A DNA stretch of 64,000 nucleotides from a bacterium (GTDB lineage Bacteria; SZUA-182; DTGQ01; JAFGSM01), in the NCBI GenBank assembly GCA_049472335.1, contig JBLIRO010000011.1:5084-69083 (forward strand). The letters are read 5' to 3'. This document shows, in pieces, positions 61,491 through 64,000 of the stretch. The translations under genes were made by a program, and so were the position numbers. Each line of letters begins with the position of its first letter. Position 1 is the stretch's first letter. The notes under the pieces were generated by a model. That model did no database searches. It saw only the letters and a list, made by a program, of their open reading frames with translations, and was not told the origin of the DNA.

Positions 61491-63641
61491 TTATAGATCC
61501 TTTCTCTGTTGATTCTTACAGCTTCTGACATTAAACATTTCCAATAATTCATCTACATCCGTTGTAGGTTTATTGCACGCATTATTTTGACAGACATAAG
61601 CAGTTGCTTTACCCCCGATACTTTTACAATATCTCAAAAATGGTGAAATTTCATCTATATACGACACCTTTTGTTCGGCCGGGCGAAAAACGACCATTAT
61701 ATTGGGTATAAAATTCGTCTGAAGACTCCTTAACATCTCCTTTGTATCATCAGAAAAAGAACGACCGGTAACAAAAACCTCAAAGGAAGGGCCAAACGCA
61801 AAGTCCATGGCAACCATAAATTGAGTATACCCCATTGGGTTCTCTTTTGCTTTTTTGGAAAATATACGCCCGATTGCCGCCGCCTCCTCTAAAAAATGAG
61901 GATCCGACGTTATGTGCGCAAGCCTTAACAGATTTAAAACAGAGACAGAATTCCCCGCAGGCACAGCGCCGTCATATAAATCCTTTTGACGAACCAAAAG
62001 GTCTTCTGATATATCTGGAGTAAAAAAGAATCCGCCCCCGGATCTGTCCCAAAAATGTTTTTCAAGATCGTTTTGAAGCTTAAGCGCGTATTTCAGATAG
62101 TTAGCTTCAAATGTTGATTCGAACAGCTCTAATAGCCCCCATATGAAGAACGCATAATCATCCAGATAACCTGTTATTTCAGCCTCACCATCTCGATATC
62201 TGTGCAAAAGAAGGCCATCAGGGGTCCTCATATTTTCCATTATGAAATCTACTGCGCATATTGCTGCCTCCTTGTATGCGGATTCGCCGAAAACCCGCCC
62301 TGCCCTGGCTAAAGCGGCTATCATAAGGCCATTCCAATCGGTCAGAATTTTATCATCCTTATACGGATGCACCCTGTTTTCCCGGAAGGCAAAGAGTTTT
62401 TTACGGGCTTCCTCCACGCTGCCTCCGAGTTCCTGTATACTCATTCCCATATCAGATGCTGTTTCCTGTAATGTTTTCTCCATATGAAAGATATTATTAT
62501 AAGTAATATTATGCTTAGCGCCCCCTTCCCGAAAATTTCCCTTTGGCGACAGATTAAAAATCCTGATTATTAAATCAGCCTCTTCTTTTTGAAGGACCCG
62601 AAAAACTTCATCATATGTCCATAGGTAAAATTTCCCTTCTTCCCCTTCACTATCAGCGTCTTCTGCAGAGTAAAATCCCCCTTCGGGCGCGGTCATATCC
62701 CGCAAGACATAGGTTAAAATCTCATGTGCTGTTTGCAGGTGCTCTTTGTTTTTTGTTGCCTGATAAGCCTCTGTATAAGCCATGGTTAAAAGCGCCTGGT
62801 CATAGAGCATCTTTTCAAAATGAGGGAAGAGCCATCCTGAATCGGTCGAATAGCGGTGAAAACCAAATCCTATATGGTCATAAATGCCTCCCTGCCGCAT
62901 GGAACCAAGGGTCTTTTCCGCCATTTGTAAAGGGGCATCGATTCCGGTTCGTCTCCAGTAACGAAGCAAAAAAAGAATATTATGGGGAGTCGGAAATTTC
63001 GGGGCCCCGCCGAATCCACCAAATTGCTTATCATAAAACTGAGCTAACGATTCATATGTTTCCTTTAAAACAGTTTCATCCAATCCTTCAGAAGACGGCT
63101 TTTCGTTAAAGTCCCGAAGCGCATCTACGATTTGATCCGCATATGTAAACAGCTTTAAATCCTGTATCTCCCAAAGCTTTTTAATCTGAGGAATAAGCTC
63201 AAGCAAACCTGTTATACCGAATCGACTGTTTCTGGGTAAATATGTGCCGGCAAAAAAGGGTTTTTTCTCCGGTGTCATAATTATGGTAAGGGGCCAGCCT
63301 CCGCTTCCTGTCATCAACTGACAAACAGACATATATAACATGTCTATATCCGGACGTTCCTCCCTGTCCACCTTTATACATATAAAGGTATTATTCATTA
63401 GTCTGGCAATTTCAGGATCTTCAAAGGATTCATGAGCCATTACATGACACCAATGACATGTGGAATACCCGATGGAGAGGAAAATGGGTTTGTTTACCCT
63501 TTTGGCTTCTTCAAAGGCTTCTTCATTCCATGGATACCAATCTACCGGATTGTAAGCGTGCTGCAGTAAATATGGGCTCTTTTCATTTATAAGTCTGTTG
63601 TGTTGAATATTGCCCTCGCCTCGAAAAGGCTGTTCATTCAT
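61491..63641 (-). CDS. YyaL/SSP411-like thioredoxin-domain protein (DUF255)
   Basis: [43 protein letters not shown]. Confidence 0.92.
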   Translation of the reverse strand: MNEQPFRGEGNIQHNRLINEKSPYLLQHAYNPVDWYPWNEEAFEEAKRVNKPIFLSIGYSTCHWCHVMAHESFEDPEIARLMNNTFICIKVDREERPDIDMLYMSVCQLMTGSGGWPLTIIMTPEKKPFFAGTYLPRNSRFGITGLLELIPQIKKLWEIQDLKLFTYADQIVDALRDFNEKPSSEGLDETVLKETYESLAQFYDKQFGGFGGAPKFPTPHNILFLLRYWRRTGIDAPLQMAEKTLGSMRQGGIYDHIGFGFHRYSTDSGWLFPHFEKMLYDQALLTMAYTEAYQATKNKEHLQTAHEILTYVLRDMTAPEGGFYSAEDADSEGEEGKFYLWTYDEVFRVLQKEEADLIIRIFNLSPKGNFREGGAKHNITYNNIFHMEKTLQETASDMGMSIQELGGSVEEARKKLFAFRENRVHPYKDDKILTDWNGLMIAALARAGRVFGESAYKEAAICAVDFIMENMRTPDGLLLHRYRDGEAEITGYLDDYAFFIWGLLELFESTFEANYLKYALKLQNDLEKHFWDRSGGGFFFTPDISEDLLVRQKDLYDGAVPAGNSVSVLNLLRLAHITSDPHFLEEAAAIGRIFSKKAKENPMGYTQFMVAMDFAFGPSFEVFVTGRSFSDDTKEMLRSLQTNFIPNIMVVFRPAEQKVSYIDEISPFLRYCKSIGGKATAYVCQNNACNKPTTDVDELLEMFNVRSCKNQQRKDL

Positions 63642-63760
63642 TTTTCTTGCTCTCTCTCAGAAAAAATTTTTTAAAAATTTTATTGAATATAAATAAAAAT
63701 GCGAAGAGAAAAAAACTTAATCCTGGTGTGTTGTTCAGCTCGAGATTTACTTGAATTTTA

Positions 63761-64000
63761 CTAGTGAAAATATAACTTATGCATGTCCGGGATCGGTGGC
63801 ATCATCCTTTTGTGTTTTGAATATCTGACCAAATTTGCAATTTTTTCTATACTATCCTCATTAAAACCGCGGTTTTTTATATCGTCAATGCTCTCCCCAA
63901 GATCTTCCATACAATAAAGTATGTTATCCGCTTCTTCATATCCGATCCCTAAATCATCCTCATCCCTCTGTCCCGGCCAAAGATCGGCAGTGGGATGTTT
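63761..64000 (-). CDS. nadE: NAD+ synthetase, C-terminal fragment (not in the ORF track; runs off the window)
   Basis: Manual translation: KHPTADLWPGQRDEDDLGIGYEEADNIL...SKHKRMMPPIP...YFH-stop. Confidence 0.8.
   Translation of the reverse strand, partial: KHPTADLWPGQRDEDDLGIGYEEADNILYCMEDLGESIDDIKNRGFNEDSIEKIANLVRYSKHKRMMPPIPDMHKLYFH

Noticed and set aside
1-64000. tRNA, rRNA, SRP RNA, integrase or prophage genes
   Set aside because: No cloverleaf/T-loop signatures, rRNA motifs or phage/recombinase proteins were recognised by eye; a tRNAscan/Infernal run would be needed to exclude them fully.

Overview
64-kb chromosomal window from a diderm bacterium, roughly 40-45% GC by eye. The ffh-rpsP-khpA-rimM-trmD-SPOUT-rplS-rnhB-yraN and tilS-ftsH-folP-pdxJ gene orders resemble Desulfobacterota/Nitrospinota-like lineages, but the taxon cannot be fixed from this window. 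Most genes are housekeeping. The notable region is 18-40 kb: a MoxR/DUF58/vWA (Bat-type) operon converges on a three-gene unit encoding two giant beta-propeller/Ig-like surface proteins (1408 and 2494 aa). Both end in a Gly-Cys-Phe-Ile (GCFI) signal and are followed by a small outer-membrane beta-barrel. These two proteins, and several other exported proteins here, carry a large excess of the tripeptide Asp-Pro-Asn (about 36 and 20 copies by manual count). It is encoded by varied codons, suggesting a lineage-specific modification or recognition motif. Other highlights: (1) a possibly split histidine kinase, with a His-less kinase next to a His-bearing partner that lacks the ATPase domain and has Asp->Glu in its receiver; (2) a 154-161 bp MITE-like element in two copies, one inserted with an 8-bp duplication exactly at a start codon; (3) two intergenic nested hairpins; (4) an orphan 782-aa secreted protein. 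No rRNA, tRNA, CRISPR array or transposase was recognised. All counts and alignments were done by eye; no database search was run.
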